A stretch of DNA of 61,887 bases from Candidatus Methylomirabilales bacterium (GCA_046758505.1 JBHIAH010000008.1:1-61887), one strand, 5' to 3'. Positions 42,044 to 51,189 are shown, counted from the stretch's first letter. The notes: generated by a model from the sequence alone, not told the origin. Made by a program: numbers and translations.

Positions 42044-43462
42044 TTAGTATCGCCGACGCCGGCTAGAGGAGGGGATCTTGAGCTGTCCCCGATACTTGGC
42101 CACGGTCCGGCGGGCAATCTCGATCCCTTGTTGCCGCAAGACCTCTACGATCTTCTGGTCCGAAAGAGGCTTGCCCGAATCTTCCGCGGTGAGAAGCCTC
42201 CGGACCAACTCTTTGACCGTGAGGGAAGAGACCGCCTCACCATCAACGGCGTGCACCCCGCGATGGAAAAAGTACTTGAGCTCAAAGAGACCCTCAGGGG
42301 TATGCACGTACTTGTTGGTGGTCACTCGGCTCACGGTCGACTCGTGCATACTAATATCCTCAGCCACCTCCTTCAGGGTCAGCGGCCGCATGTGGGTGAT
42401 GCCCTTCTCCAGGAACTCCTGTTGAAATTTCACAATCGACTCGGTCACCTTGAACAGGGTACGCTGGCGCTGCTCAATGGAACGGATGAGCCACAGGGCT
42501 GACCGCATCTTTCTCTCCACGTATTCCCGAGTCTCCTTGGAACTCGATCGTCCCTTGCCCAATAGCCCCCGATAGTACGAGCTGATCCGGAGCCGGGGAA
42601 GACCATCCTCGTTAAGGACCACCACAAACCGATCATCGACCTTGAGGATATAGACGTCAGGAGTGATATAGCGAGGTTCCTCGGTGTTAAAGGTCCGCCC
42701 CGGTTTCGGCTCAAGGGAACAGATGAGGAGCAGGGCATCCTGAACCGCCTTGATGTTGACTTTCAGCTTCTCTGCGATCCTTGTGAGATAGCGCCCTTCT
42801 AAATCGGCGAGATGGTCGGCGATGAGGCTCCGCGCCAGGGTAACCTCTGCTCCCCCCGTCAAGCCATCGAGCTGCAGGAGCAAACATTCCCGCAGATCCC
42901 GCGCGGCCACCCCGACAGGATCGAAGCTCTGGACCAAGCGGAGCGCCTCCTCGATCACGGGCAGCGGTGCCGATTCCTTCCCCCCCAGTTCTTCCAGGGT
43001 AATCGTCAGATACCCGTTCTCATCGAGATTCCCGATGATCTCGCCGGCCCACTGGATGAGTGCCGGATCCGAGGTAGAGAGGTGAAGCTGAAAGAGGAGA
43101 TGGTCCGCCAGCGAGCGCGGCCGGGTCAGGCGTTCCTCGGGGGACCACCGCTCAACTTCCTCCCGCCGAAATTCCCGGCGAAAGTCTGAGGCGTCCTCGA
43201 GATAGCTGTCCCAGTCAAAATCCGCCAGGCGGTCCTCATCCTGTTCCTTCTCCTCTCCCGCTTCTTCCCCCGATGCTTCCGCGGACAGTTGCGCCTCCTC
43301 CACCAGCTCTTCATCCAGGATCGGATTTTCCTCCAACTCTTGCCGCACCGCCTGGATGAGCTCCAACCGGGAGAGCTGCAGCAGGCCAATGGCCTGCTGC
43401 AGCGACTGGGTCATGATCATCCGCTGGGTCTGACGAAGACTGAGACGCAGTTCCATGGCCAT
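42044..43462 (-). CDS. rpoN: RNA polymerase sigma-54 factor
   Basis: LQQAIGLLQL, HESTVSR, RpoN box ARRTVAKYR. Confidence 0.97.
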   Translation of the reverse strand: MAMELRLSLRQTQRMIMTQSLQQAIGLLQLSRLELIQAVRQELEENPILDEELVEEAQLSAEASGEEAGEEKEQDEDRLADFDWDSYLEDASDFRREFRREEVERWSPEERLTRPRSLADHLLFQLHLSTSDPALIQWAGEIIGNLDENGYLTITLEELGGKESAPLPVIEEALRLVQSFDPVGVAARDLRECLLLQLDGLTGGAEVTLARSLIADHLADLEGRYLTRIAEKLKVNIKAVQDALLLICSLEPKPGRTFNTEEPRYITPDVYILKVDDRFVVVLNEDGLPRLRISSYYRGLLGKGRSSSKETREYVERKMRSALWLIRSIEQRQRTLFKVTESIVKFQQEFLEKGITHMRPLTLKEVAEDISMHESTVSRVTTNKYVHTPEGLFELKYFFHRGVHAVDGEAVSSLTVKELVRRLLTAEDSGKPLSDQKIVEVLRQQGIEIARRTVAKYRGQLKIPSSSRRRRY

Positions 43463-43561
43463 AGCTATTCGGCCTGCCGCTGGCGGTTCCCGTCTGACCG
43501 ATCAGTCACCGGCGTCATGACTCCCCTCCCTCGCCATGTGTCTCGGTCATCCGGTGCCAGC

Positions 43562-44326
43562 CTACAAGGCGAACCGTTCCCCAAGGTAGATCTCCCGGGC
43601 CTTTGGATCGGCGGCCAGTTCGGACGCCGTTCCCGAAAGTAGCACCTCTCCATGGTGGATGATATAGGCCCGATCGACGATTTGCAAGGTCTCCCGGACA
43701 TTGTGATCGGTAATGAGGAGGCCAATCCCTCTACTCTTCAGTTGCATCAGCATGCCCTGGATATCGTACACGGCGATGGGATCGATCCCCGCAAAGGGCT
43801 CATCCAAGAGGATAAATGACGGCGAGGTCGCCAGCGCGCGCGCGATCTCGGTCCGCCGCCGCTCACCACCGGAGAGGCTATAGGCCGGTGTCTCGGCCAG
43901 ATGGGCAATGTTCAATTCGTGGAGGAGATCGTCGAGTTGCTTCATTCGTTCGGCCTCGCTCAGGGCAACCGTCTCAAGGACAGCCATCAGATTCTCTTTG
44001 ACGGTCAACCGGCGGAAGACCGATGCCTCCTGGGGCAGAAATCCTAATCCGCGCCTGGCCCGCTGGTAGACAGGCAAGGCGGTAATCTCTTCGTCATTCA
44101 GGAAGACACGACCCCCGTCCGGTCGAACAAGGCCAAGGACCATATAGAAGGTCGTGGTCTTCCCTGCGCCGTTCGGTCCCAGCAGTCCTACCACCTCCCC
44201 GGGGCGGATGGCAACACTGACGCCGGAAACGACCTTTCGCCCCTGGAAAGCCTTGACCAGCTCCTCGGCCCGAAGCCCATCCTCCCGAATGTCCACCTCT
44301 GACGTGACGGCAGATCCTCGACTCAC
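43562..44326 (-). CDS. lptB: LPS export ABC transporter ATP-binding protein
   Basis: [37 protein letters not shown]; upstream of rpoN. Confidence 0.95.
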   Translation of the reverse strand: MSRGSAVTSEVDIREDGLRAEELVKAFQGRKVVSGVSVAIRPGEVVGLLGPNGAGKTTTFYMVLGLVRPDGGRVFLNDEEITALPVYQRARRGLGFLPQEASVFRRLTVKENLMAVLETVALSEAERMKQLDDLLHELNIAHLAETPAYSLSGGERRRTEIARALATSPSFILLDEPFAGIDPIAVYDIQGMLMQLKSRGIGLLITDHNVRETLQIVDRAYIIHHGEVLLSGTASELAADPKAREIYLGERFAL

Positions 44327-44336
44327 CTGCCCAAGT

Positions 44337-44849
44337 TCACCTCGCCTGTCCCGGCGACCGCTTCGGATAGATGACGGCGGTCACCCGCTCTTTTCCATCC
44401 CCCTCGACCACCTGCCGGTCTTCCTTGATAAACAGGGTTATCCGTGTCCCGCTCACCACGTTTTCCTGACGCCAAGCCCGGGGATGTCCCTCGAGGACCA
44501 CTTTCTCCTGCGGGACGTCATAGGTCGCCCGCTCCGAGACCGCTTTGGTTCCGTCGCTCCGGGTAATATGGACATTGCCAACCGCCACCATGCGTTCAAC
44601 CACTTCCATCTTCTCATCGAAGTTGAACTCCATCCGATCAGCGGTGACGGTCAGATCGGTTGTCCTGGCCACGACGTTTCCGGTGTAGATGGCCCGGCGT
44701 TCCTGCCGACTCACCTCCAGACGATCGGCCGTGACGGTCGTCGCCTGACCCGGTTCATCTCCTTGCACGGACGGGGTCTGCACCGCCAGCACGGACGTCC
44801 CGACCAGGACCGACAGAGCCCACGCTATCCCTCCCCTCCACCGCCTCAT
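44337..44849 (-). CDS. lptA: LPS transport periplasmic protein LptA
   Basis: signal peptide, OstA-like beta repeats (TADRLE, YTGNVV, AVGNV); position before lptB. Confidence 0.85.
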   Translation of the reverse strand: MRRWRGGIAWALSVLVGTSVLAVQTPSVQGDEPGQATTVTADRLEVSRQERRAIYTGNVVARTTDLTVTADRMEFNFDEKMEVVERMVAVGNVHITRSDGTKAVSERATYDVPQEKVVLEGHPRAWRQENVVSGTRITLFIKEDRQVVEGDGKERVTAVIYPKRSPGQAR

Positions 44850-45430
44850 CGCCCCTGCTCCCGTTTCCCCGACAGCGTGATCTGGGAGGCGATCCGCTTG
44901 CGGATGGTCATCCGCTCCAAGATCGTGTCAGCCATCATCCCCTTTCCCCGGATCTGGAATCCCTTCTTCTCGACCACGACTGGGACGTCGGTGGTGATCT
45001 GCCGCTTCGCCGCGGACCAGTTCAGGGCCTCGGCGAAAATCTTCGTCCCCCGGCTGGACTCCGATCGGACGTGGCCGATGAGCTTGAGGTCTTTCGTCCT
45101 GAGGTCCACGATCGCCTTGTCCGCAAAAGAAATCAACGTCTCCTTGCCATTGTAGATGACGATCCGCACTGGATTGACCCCCCGGGTGAGGACGGCGACC
45201 CCGCGATCGTCGAACACCTCCGCCGCATCCGCCTCGACGTCCCAGAGCTGTTTCCCCTTTCGTGTTTCGGTGATCCGAACCCGCTTCATGGCCGCATCGG
45301 GCGCTGGGCTGGACGAGACAGGCGTCACCGAGGCCCCCTCCCCCGCTACCGCCACCGGGATCCGTGGTCCGAAAAGATTCACCGCCACGAGAGGAAGCGT
45401 CACGACCAAAACCCAGAACGAGACTTGCAT
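44846..45430 (-). CDS. lptC: LPS export protein LptC
   Basis: N-terminal TM, W.VEAD.A, LNWSA..RQITTD..V...GKGM; position before lptA; start uncertain. Confidence 0.8.
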   Translation of the reverse strand: MQVSFWVLVVTLPLVAVNLFGPRIPVAVAGEGASVTPVSSSPAPDAAMKRVRITETRKGKQLWDVEADAAEVFDDRGVAVLTRGVNPVRIVIYNGKETLISFADKAIVDLRTKDLKLIGHVRSESSRGTKIFAEALNWSAAKRQITTDVPVVVEKKGFQIRGKGMMADTILERMTIRKRIASQITLSGKREQGR

Positions 45431-45534
45431 AGTGCATTTTCCATACCATAGCTCTGGGGTGAAGTAAAGAAGAAAGGTAGGCACCGCGCATTATGCGGGG
45501 GCTTACGGGGCAACCGAAATGGGGTAACGGAGGG

Positions 45535-46704
45535 TCAGGCAAAGGCGCTCAGGCCAGTGATGTCCCGGCCTAGGAGCAGGGTGTGGATCTCGTGGGTCCC
45601 CTCATAGGTGTATAGCGACTCCAGATTCAGCATGTGGCGGACAACCGGGAACTCATCCACAATCCCGGCGGCCCCCAAAATCTCCCGGGCCAGCCGGGCG
45701 ATCTCCCTGGCCTTTTCCACGTTGCTCATCTTGGCCAGAGAGATCTGTGTATGTCGGACCTGTCCCGCCCGCTTGAGTTGCCCCAACCGGAAACAGAGCA
45801 GTTGGGCCTTGGTGATTTCGGTCAGCATCGTTACCAGCTTCTGTTGCACGAGCTGGAATCCGGCGATGGGCCGGCCAAACTGGACCCGTGCCCTGGCATA
45901 CTTGAGGGCCACGTCGTAGCACGCCATCGCAGCGCCCACGGCCCCCCAGGCGATACCATACCGTCCCTGGTTCAGGCACATCAGGGCCACCCTGATCCCC
46001 TGCTCGGTCCCCGGGAGGAGGCTCTCCTGCGGGACTCGGCAGTCCTGGAAGATCAGCTCGGAGGTGATGGACGCGCGGAGGGAAAATTTCCCCTGGATCT
46101 CCCTCGCGGTGAATCCCGGCAGTCCCCGCTCTACCAGGAAACCGCGAATCCCTTCGTCGGTCCGGGCCCAGACGAGCGCGACATCAGCGATCGTACCATT
46201 GGTAATCCACAGTTTACTCCCGTTCAGAACATAGTGGTCGCCCCGCCGGACGGCCTTCGTCGCCATGGCTGCGGGATCGGATCCGTGGTCCGGTTCGGTG
46301 AGTGCAAAGCATCCGACCCGCTCTCCCCTGGCGAGAGGAGGGAGCCACGCCGTCTTCTGCGCTTCCGTTCCAAAGGCGTGGATTGGATACATCACCAGAG
46401 ACCCCTGAACCGAGGCAAAGCTTCTCAGCCCGCTATCCCCCCGCTCAAGCTCCTGCATGATGAGCCCGTAGGCAATATCGCTGACCCCAGGACAGGTATA
46501 CCCCTGCAGATCGGCCCCCAAAACTCCCAGCTCCCCCAGGCGCGGGATGAGTCCCACCGGAAAGGTTCCCTGGCGGTGATGTCCCTCGATGATCGGAAGC
46601 ACCTCGGCATCGACGAAGTCGCGGACGGTGTCCCGGATCAAGCGTTCTTCATCCGTCAACAACTCGTCCACCCGGTAGTAGTCAAGGCCAACGAATGGTT
46701 CCAT
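45535..46704 (-). CDS. acyl-CoA dehydrogenase (glutaryl-CoA dehydrogenase-like)
   Basis: ELERGDSGLRS, FALTEPDHGSD, KLWITNG, TYEGTHEIH; ATG at 46704. Confidence 0.92.
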   Translation of the reverse strand: MEPFVGLDYYRVDELLTDEERLIRDTVRDFVDAEVLPIIEGHHRQGTFPVGLIPRLGELGVLGADLQGYTCPGVSDIAYGLIMQELERGDSGLRSFASVQGSLVMYPIHAFGTEAQKTAWLPPLARGERVGCFALTEPDHGSDPAAMATKAVRRGDHYVLNGSKLWITNGTIADVALVWARTDEGIRGFLVERGLPGFTAREIQGKFSLRASITSELIFQDCRVPQESLLPGTEQGIRVALMCLNQGRYGIAWGAVGAAMACYDVALKYARARVQFGRPIAGFQLVQQKLVTMLTEITKAQLLCFRLGQLKRAGQVRHTQISLAKMSNVEKAREIARLAREILGAAGIVDEFPVVRHMLNLESLYTYEGTHEIHTLLLGRDITGLSAFA

Positions 46705-46933
46705 ACCAATCTCGAGGAACAAGGGAAAAGAGACACGACGAGAGAAAAATACCACGGCCGCTCAGGGAAGACAAGCAACACGTCCGTCCCTGGGGGGGGA
46801 GAAAATCCTTACACCGTGACGCGCGTGACAGTCAGGGAGCCGGCAACGCCGCTACCCTCATCCCGCGGTGCATGCGCTTTGATGATTTTCGATGACGGTA
46901 CCTCCTTTGACTCGAATGATCCCATATAATTCC

Positions 46934-46956
46934 GGCTGGGGGGAGAACCCCCAGCC
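46934..46956 (-). terminator. intrinsic terminator-like hairpin downstream of the Lys-rich peptide genes
   Basis: GGCTGGGGG-N5-CCCCCAGCC 9-bp stem, 11 bp after the peptide A stop, followed by AT-rich GGAATTATAT on the minus strand. Confidence 0.6.
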
Positions 46957-46967
46957 AGGCAGCACTG

Positions 46968-47045
46968 CTATTTCTTTTTCTTCTTCGTGGCCTTCTTCGC
47001 TGCCTTCTTCTTGCCGCCGGCTTTCGCTTTCTTCTTGGCTGCCAT
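46968..47045 (-). CDS. Lys/Ala-rich micropeptide A, MAAKKKAKAGGKKKAAKKATKKKKK (25 aa)
   Basis: ATG 47045, TAG 46968-46970; SD AAAGGGGGTGA 6 nt upstream; below the ORF-track size cut-off. Confidence 0.75.
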   Translation of the reverse strand: MAAKKKAKAGGKKKAAKKATKKKKK

Positions 47046-47102
47046 CCAGTCTCACCCCCTTTCCTCACAGGTCACTTCCAGGAACTCAGCAAGGCACCAC
47101 TC

Positions 47103-47165
47103 CTATTTCTTCTTCTTTGGAGCTGCCTTCTTCGTGGCCTTCTTCGCTTTCTTCTTGGCTGCCAT
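47103..47165 (-). CDS. Lys/Ala-rich micropeptide B, MAAKKKAKKATKKAAPKKKK (20 aa)
   Basis: ATG 47165, TAG 47103-47105; same SD/leader as peptide A (47143-47186 identical to 47023-47066). Confidence 0.75.
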   Translation of the reverse strand: MAAKKKAKKATKKAAPKKKK

Positions 47166-47229
47166 CCAGTCTCACCCCCTTTCCTCGCAGGTCATCCCCC
47201 GGAAATCTGTCCGGTGGATTGGTTAGACG

Positions 47230-47679
47230 CTATAACAGGCGTGTCTGACGATCCTGGGCATAGACGCGCTTGCCCGCAGCCCCCACCCATTGCTCCGCGA
47301 CGTTCAGCGTCGCCTCGAGCTCATACAGGGAAATTGGGCGGTCGGCTGACTCCAGAAAGTGTTGCCCCTTCTTTCGAACTTGGTCCACGTCATCCACCAT
47401 GGAGGCCTCTCCTTCTCCGACGAGGCCGCCGGCCATCTGGAGCAGTGTGCGCGCCTGATCCCGCCCTCGAGGACGCATCCCTTCCGCTAACGTCAGAGCC
47501 CGCGCCGCGCGCAGGATCGCGTGGGCGGCAACGACGTAAGCCCACTCGGCATCAGTACCCGCCATCGCCTGCGCGGTCTTCAGATCCTTCTGGGCCCGTG
47601 CCATAAGACGATTCGCACGCTGCAAATCGGGTGCCACGACCTCGACCATGCCTTTGGCTTTGAGCTGCTCAAAGATCAT
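47230..47679 (-). CDS. HEPN-domain protein (divergent)
   Basis: A..DL.TA....WAY....A..ARAL...G.R pattern typical of MNT-associated HEPN proteins; motif region reads RKKGQH; overlaps upstream gene. Confidence 0.65.
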   Translation of the reverse strand: MIFEQLKAKGMVEVVAPDLQRANRLMARAQKDLKTAQAMAGTDAEWAYVVAAHAILRAARALTLAEGMRPRGRDQARTLLQMAGGLVGEGEASMVDDVDQVRKKGQHFLESADRPISLYELEATLNVAEQWVGAAGKRVYAQDRQTRLL

Positions 47680-48229
47680 GGAGCGACCCGATCAAGGGAA
47701 TCGTCCTCCCCTGTGCGATCTCCCGCAGGAAAGGATCTCCCTCCGCCTTGCGCCGCTGATACTCCCCTTCGTCGAAGACCAGGTAATTGATACCCCGCGC
47801 AATCCGGAGCTCCAGATCTGCCACCACGCGATTCAGTTGCGCCATGCGCGGTCGTCCCACCACCAACAGGTCGATTGCCCCTCCGTCCGGGGATGCGGGT
47901 TCCCCGAAGATCAGCGCCACCCGAATCCCAGTAATGCTCCGAAGCCCCTCGCCAATCGCCTGAGGGACTCCCCGGGTCTTATCGATGATCGCCTTCAATT
48001 CCGGATAGAGGGGAAAGATCTTGTCGACGGTGTAATACCGGAGATTGCCAACCTTGGTGCTCATCAGCAGTCCTGCCTTTTCCAAGTTATCCAACTCCCG
48101 CTTGATCCCCGAGATGTCTCGTTTGATCTCCCGAGCAATCTCCCTCACGTAAAATCGCTCGTCTGGACAGCTCAAGAAAAGCTCCAGCAGTTCCACCCGG
48201 GTTTCAGACGAAAAGAGCCGCTCCAGCAT
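47669..48229 (-). CDS. winged-helix plus nucleotidyltransferase-like (MNT) protein with degenerate active site
   Basis: LFSSETRVELL...FYVREIAR...RELDNLEKAGLL wHTH; IFGE...AIDLLVVG in place of FGS...DID. Confidence 0.75.
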   Translation of the reverse strand: MLERLFSSETRVELLELFLSCPDERFYVREIAREIKRDISGIKRELDNLEKAGLLMSTKVGNLRYYTVDKIFPLYPELKAIIDKTRGVPQAIGEGLRSITGIRVALIFGEPASPDGGAIDLLVVGRPRMAQLNRVVADLELRIARGINYLVFDEGEYQRRKAEGDPFLREIAQGRTIPLIGSLHDL

Positions 48230-48238
48230 CTGGATTTG

Positions 48239-48281
48239 TCCTTTGATGAATTAAATACATCAAGGGATATTTTTTTGTCAA
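48239..48281 (-). promoter_or_regulatory. promoter with overlapping palindromic operator
   Basis: TTGACA on minus strand at 48281-48276; inverted repeat TCCTTTGATG-N9-CATCAAGGGA (48239-48267) covering the -10 region. Confidence 0.65.
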
Positions 48282-48539
48282 CACTTTTTTTCATATTTTT
48301 CAAAAAAAAGTTTGTGGGAATCTGGAGATAGCTCTGGTCGGCTCAGAGGCCCCTTCAAGGGAGGGGGCATATCCTTTGACTAGGAATCGGGAGACCGGGC
48401 AGGAGCGTCCGCTATCCAGTCAGGACGCAGGTCCCCTGGACGCAAAATAAAACAGACCGGCCGTGGAGCAGGGTTCGGGGGGCGGATCGGTTGGGAAGCT
48501 ACTCGGGGAGGAGATCACGCGACCCCTCCCGCTCGAACG

Positions 48540-49559
48540 CTACGCGCCAGGCGCCTGTGTTCCTTCAGGAGGGTCCGCCTCGCCAAAAAACACGGCGCGT
48601 TCAAGGTTCCGGTGGAATATGGTCCACCCCGGGCGGTACGGATCGGGACGATCCTTGACCAGCTTCCGAAAAAGATTCACTTTCCCATCCAGGTTCTCGA
48701 CCGCGTGCAGAATGAGCGCCTCCAGCGTCTTCGGACGTCGCGGCGACCCCCACTCATACTGCCCGTGATGGCTCAGGATGTTGTGGAGCAGCTCCATCCG
48801 AAGCAGAGGCGGGAAGTCGGGAATCTGTTCGATCTGTGCTTCCACAAACAAGACTCCCTGTGTGATGTGGCCCAGCAACCGCCCCTCATCCGAGTAATCG
48901 AACCCGTGCTGCCATGTAAGCTCAAAGATCTTCCCCACGTCATGAAGGATGGCGCTTGCAAGGAGGAGGTCCCGATTGACCGCTCCCCCGTAATGCGAGG
49001 CGATCGCGTCGCACAGCTTCACGACCGATACGGTATGTTCAAGCAGGCCACCGAGATACGCATGGTGAAGCCCTTTGGCCGCCGGAGCCGCCGCCAAGGC
49101 CCCCCGAATACCTTCCTCCCCGCAGATGCGAGCTAAGAGAGAGGTGAGGGGCTCGCTCGTCAACGTCTGGATCATCTCGTCAAGAAAGGCCAACATGGAC
49201 GGTACATCGGCTTCGGTCGTGGGAAGAAACTCTTCCAGAGCCGCCTCGCCGTCACGCGCCAGGCGCAGGCGTTGAATGGTCAGCTGCATCTCTCCCTGAT
49301 AACTCCCCACCACCCCCTGGACCTTTACCAGATCCCCCTCGCGGATCCGTTCTCCAACCCCCTCCGGGTCCTCCCACATCACGGCGGGGAGCTCACCTGT
49401 CCGATCCGCCACGAGGAGGGTCAGAAAGGGGCCGCCGGTCTTCCGGACGCGGAGTTGCGGATTGCGCACGAGGAAGAATGTGGTAACCGTATCGTTGAGC
49501 TGCAGATCCTTAACCGGGACTCTCTCCGCCATTATTGCTTTCGCCTCCGGGACACTCAT
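48540..49559 (-). CDS. yhaM: OB-fold/HD-domain 3'-5' exoribonuclease YhaM family
   Basis: LADRTG-like OB fold (VADRTGELPAVMW), HHAYLGGLLEH, LHDVGK, SHHG; TGATG coupling with upstream gene. Confidence 0.88.
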   Translation of the reverse strand: MSVPEAKAIMAERVPVKDLQLNDTVTTFFLVRNPQLRVRKTGGPFLTLLVADRTGELPAVMWEDPEGVGERIREGDLVKVQGVVGSYQGEMQLTIQRLRLARDGEAALEEFLPTTEADVPSMLAFLDEMIQTLTSEPLTSLLARICGEEGIRGALAAAPAAKGLHHAYLGGLLEHTVSVVKLCDAIASHYGGAVNRDLLLASAILHDVGKIFELTWQHGFDYSDEGRLLGHITQGVLFVEAQIEQIPDFPPLLRMELLHNILSHHGQYEWGSPRRPKTLEALILHAVENLDGKVNLFRKLVKDRPDPYRPGWTIFHRNLERAVFFGEADPPEGTQAPGA

Positions 49560-51079
49560 CACACCTCGGTGGAGGACCCCAGGTGCTGCCGCAGGACCTT
49601 TCCCGAGATGGTCCTGGGCATGCTTTGACAAAACTCCACCTCCCGCGGGATCTTAAAGGCGGCCAGGCGTTCCCGCGCGAAGCGCAAGAGCTCCCCTTTG
49701 GAAGCGGGGTGCCCCGGCTTCAGAACCACGTACGCTTTGGGGGATTCTCCTCGCGTCGGATCTGGCACCCCGACCACGGCCACATCCGCCACCGCGGGAT
49801 GAGCCGCCAACATCTCTTCGACCTCCCGCGGATACACATTCAATCCTCCCACGATGATCAGGTCCTTCTTGCGATCCACGATGTAGAAATACCCGTCCGC
49901 ATCGCGTCGCCCCAGATCACCGGAGTAGAGCCAGCCATCTCTAAGGACTTCCGCGCTGGCTTCAGGCCAATTGAGATAGCCCTGCATAATGTTTGGACCT
50001 TTCGCGACGATCTCTCCCACGTCTCCAGTCCCTACTTCTTTCCCCGCCGCATCGACCACGCGAAGCTCCACGCCCGGGAGGGGCTTCCCCACCGAACCCA
50101 CCTTTCGAGCACCCAAGGGAGGATTCTCGGTCAGCACGGGTGAAGCCTCGGTGAGGCCGTAGCCTTCGTAGATGGGGATGCCGTACCGCGCTTCAAACCG
50201 CTGTAGGACCTCCACGGGGAGGGGCGCGCCCCCGGAGACGGCAAACCGGACCGACGAGAGGTCGACGTCCAGGGACGAAAGCTGGCCCCAGACAGCATAC
50301 ATGGAGGGGACGGCGGCGAACACGGTGACGCGCTGCTTCGCCATGTTCCGGAGGGTCTGTTCCGGAACGAACCGGGGCTCTAACACGATGGCTGCCCCCA
50401 AACTCACGGGAAAGAGCATGAGGACGGTGGCGGCAAAGGAGTGAAACAGGGGAAGAACACAGAGAAAGCGGTCCCGCTTGTCACACGGAACGATCTGCTG
50501 AAATGACTCGATGTTGCTCAGCAGATTTGTGTGCGTGAGGAGGGCCCCCTTCGGGCGGCCCGTGGTCCCAGACGTGTACAGGCAGACGGCCACATCGTCA
50601 GGGTATATGGCCGTCGAGCCACGCGTCGGCCTACCGACGGAGACCGCATCAGGCGTCCCCGATTCCAGCGATCCGGATTCGGTATCCAGGGGGATCGCGT
50701 GCACGGGGCGGGAGAGCCGATCCGCGGCTTCCTGAAGCCCCGGGAGGAAGATCCGGCCGGTGAGCACCCGTCGAATCCCCGCATCTTCAAGGAGGCAGCG
50801 AACCTCCTCGGGCTTGTACAGCGTATTGAACGGAACGACCGTCCCGCCGGCGGCCAGGATCCCGAAGTATGCCTGAATGAACGCGGGGACGTTCGGCAGC
50901 ATCACGCCGACCCGTTCCCCCCCTTCGACGCCGAGATCCCGCAACGCCACGCCCAACCGGACGACCGAGTGCCAGAGCTCGCCGTAACTCATCGACCGGT
51001 CGCCAGCCAGCAAGACGGTCTCGTCGCTGAATTTTTCTGCGGATCGTTGCAGTAGGCGGAGCAGGGTCACGTCGGTCAC
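49559..51079 (-). CDS. long-chain fatty acid--CoA ligase
   Basis: YTSGTTGRPKG, EGYGLTE, SGDLG, DRKKDLIIVGGLNVYPREVE. Confidence 0.92.
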   Translation of the reverse strand: MTDVTLLRLLQRSAEKFSDETVLLAGDRSMSYGELWHSVVRLGVALRDLGVEGGERVGVMLPNVPAFIQAYFGILAAGGTVVPFNTLYKPEEVRCLLEDAGIRRVLTGRIFLPGLQEAADRLSRPVHAIPLDTESGSLESGTPDAVSVGRPTRGSTAIYPDDVAVCLYTSGTTGRPKGALLTHTNLLSNIESFQQIVPCDKRDRFLCVLPLFHSFAATVLMLFPVSLGAAIVLEPRFVPEQTLRNMAKQRVTVFAAVPSMYAVWGQLSSLDVDLSSVRFAVSGGAPLPVEVLQRFEARYGIPIYEGYGLTEASPVLTENPPLGARKVGSVGKPLPGVELRVVDAAGKEVGTGDVGEIVAKGPNIMQGYLNWPEASAEVLRDGWLYSGDLGRRDADGYFYIVDRKKDLIIVGGLNVYPREVEEMLAAHPAVADVAVVGVPDPTRGESPKAYVVLKPGHPASKGELLRFARERLAAFKIPREVEFCQSMPRTISGKVLRQHLGSSTEV

Positions 51080-51102
51080 CCGAGCCGGACGGTTGGCTCC
51101 GG

Positions 51103-51131
51103 ATCATAGCAGAGGGTTTCTGCCAAGTCAA
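51103..51131 (-). promoter_or_regulatory. sigma70-type promoter for the acyl-CoA ligase-yhaM pair
   Basis: minus strand TTGACT(51131-51126)-N17-TATGAT(51108-51103) with TG extension. Confidence 0.7.
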
Positions 51132-51189
51132 TCAAGCGGTGCGGGGAAATCACGCGGGCCGCAGCTCGCCCCTGCGACGCGCGGCGGCC

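Noticed and set aside
45433..45448. sigma54-like motif TGGTAT-GGAAA-ATGCA upstream of lptC
   Set aside because: It lies 2 bp from the proposed ATG, so transcription would begin inside the CDS; only viable if the true start is further downstream.
46809..46925. Strong SD AAAGGAGGT (minus strand, about 46900-46908) suggesting another small gene
   Set aside because: No ATG/GTG/TTG at a usable distance; the 38-codon ORF spanning it lacks its own SD.
47023..47186. CRISPR-like or tRNA-like interpretation of the 44-bp direct repeat
   Set aside because: Only two copies, each containing an SD and start codon; no cas genes and no cloverleaf.
46832..47248. ORF-track calls 46832-47068(-), 46858-47055(-), 46892-47248(+), 46987-47226(+)
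   Set aside because: Alternative frames or antisense of the Lys-rich peptide genes; SD spacing and the duplicated ATG block favour the MAAKKK frame.
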